Below, one piece after another: positions 63,221 through 64,000 of a stretch of 64,000 nucleotides of DNA. The stretch spans positions 62,001 to 126,000 of the IMG/VR virus record IMGVR_UViG_3300045135_002615. One strand, given 5' to 3'. The notes under the pieces were generated by a model. The model was not told the origin of the DNA. It searched no databases and saw only the letters and a program-made list of their open reading frames with translations. Positions within the stretch are counted from its first letter, which is position 1. Each line of letters opens with the position of its first letter. The position numbers and the translations under genes are program-made.

Positions 63221-63684
63221 AGGTAGTCCGTTTCCGCGATGTCCTTCTTAGCCTCATCCTCTGGGTCAGGCTCAGGAGTGAGGTCAGGTCGCCAAGAACC
63301 GTTACGCTCAACCTCCTCAGAGAAGTAGAAGATGTCGGGTGAGCGGAGGTGATACTTCATCTCTGCGGTCTTCTCATCTTCTGAACCACCGATAAAGCAG
63401 AGCTGATGGTCGAGGAGAGCCTTCTTTTGATCGGGGTCGAGTTGATTCCAACAATCTGCACCAAGCTCGATAACGAACTTGTAATCAGCCTCCCCAAGAA
63501 CAGAGAGGATAGCGGGTGCTTTAGAGGTTTTACCGAGGATGGGGGTGTTACCCTTGCGTGAGCACTTATCTTTGAAAATAACCACAATCTCGTCAGCGAT
63601 ATCTGCAAGATGAGGGTGTGCCTCACCGATGAGTGTGTTGATCATGAGCTGGATCTCGTCCCCAGCCTTCCACTTGTCGCTCAT
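63217..63684 (-). CDS. Putative phage metallopeptidase-family protein with degenerate active site
   Basis: FVIEL..DCW..L...QK.ALLDHQLCF (HExxH changed to HQxxF); AGGAGG SD. Confidence 0.7.
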   Translation of the reverse strand: MSDKWKAGDEIQLMINTLIGEAHPHLADIADEIVVIFKDKCSRKGNTPILGKTSKAPAILSVLGEADYKFVIELGADCWNQLDPDQKKALLDHQLCFIGGSEDEKTAEMKYHLRSPDIFYFSEEVERNGSWRPDLTPEPDPEDEAKKDIAETDYL

Positions 63685-63750
63685 AATGAGCCTCCTGTGT
63701 CTTAAAGGTTAAAATCGAACATGACCTTTATACAAGGGCTCAGCGTGGAG

Positions 63751-63993
63751 TCAATCATTTTTAGAGAAGAAGCCCCACAGGTAGTGAAAGAACCCCTCTA
63801 TAAGTAAGACGGATTTAAGCATAAAGCTAGGGTCAGAACAGAGCATCATACGCATACTCATCTCTAATTGCTTAGGGTTCTGAGCAACCTTTTTTTCATT
63901 CATTAAGACGGACACATCACCATCTTCGTGGACGACAACGACGACATTACCTTGTAAGAGTTCATCTAATAGTTCAGGCTCAATAGGATCCAT
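63751..63993 (-). CDS. Small hypothetical protein
   Basis: ORF; upstream context cut by the window edge. Confidence 0.5.
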   Translation of the reverse strand: MDPIEPELLDELLQGNVVVVVHEDGDVSVLMNEKKVAQNPKQLEMSMRMMLCSDPSFMLKSVLLIEGFFHYLWGFFSKND

Positions 63994-64000
63994 GTAGCAC

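Noticed and set aside
1-64000. tRNA, rRNA, CRISPR arrays, IS elements, integrase or stop-codon recoding
   Set aside because: None recognised by eye; long genes are intact under code 11. tRNAscan-SE and a CRISPR finder would be needed to exclude them formally

Overview
This window looks like part of a large lytic tailed-phage genome with a contractile tail, using standard genetic code 11 and Shine-Dalgarno translation. A lipoprotein and a possible outer-membrane beta-barrel suggest a diderm host. It carries two minus-strand baseplate/tail operons (0.1-10.5 kb and 28-41 kb), neck/tail-completion genes (59-61.5 kb), a family A DNA polymerase and a divergent sigma-factor-like gene. It also carries NUDIX, MazG, Hc1-like, Myb-repeat, ParB-like and GGCT genes, and a compositionally distinct, divergently transcribed block (about 43-53 kb) with a MoxR/CobS-like AAA+ ATPase and a split CobT/vWA pair. 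No capsid, portal or terminase genes, tRNAs or CRISPR arrays were recognised. Main hunting result: at least four otherwise unrelated proteins share a 24-aa N-terminal leader (MRHLTASQKIAxLExRIAxLEKxA), and several more carry related leaders. The leader ends in a K/R-x-A motif that recurs at domain boundaries and directly precedes the catalytic Cys of an Ntn-hydrolase. Nearly all of these genes sit 31-47 nt downstream of a quasi-palindromic (A/G/T)TA-N5-T(T/C)TAT motif. My inference is a late-expressed, leader-addressed, protease-processed virion cargo system that includes membrane proteins and a pentapeptide-repeat DNA mimic. Also notable: RBS-sequestering hairpins (one a two-state toggle), an apparent Walker A/B residue swap, and sharp G/C skew switches at about 41.1, 47.2 and 53.1 kb that may delimit a roughly 12-kb terminal repeat. 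All family assignments come from motif recognition by eye, with no database search. Several start codons were moved relative to the supplied ORF track using SD and promoter context.
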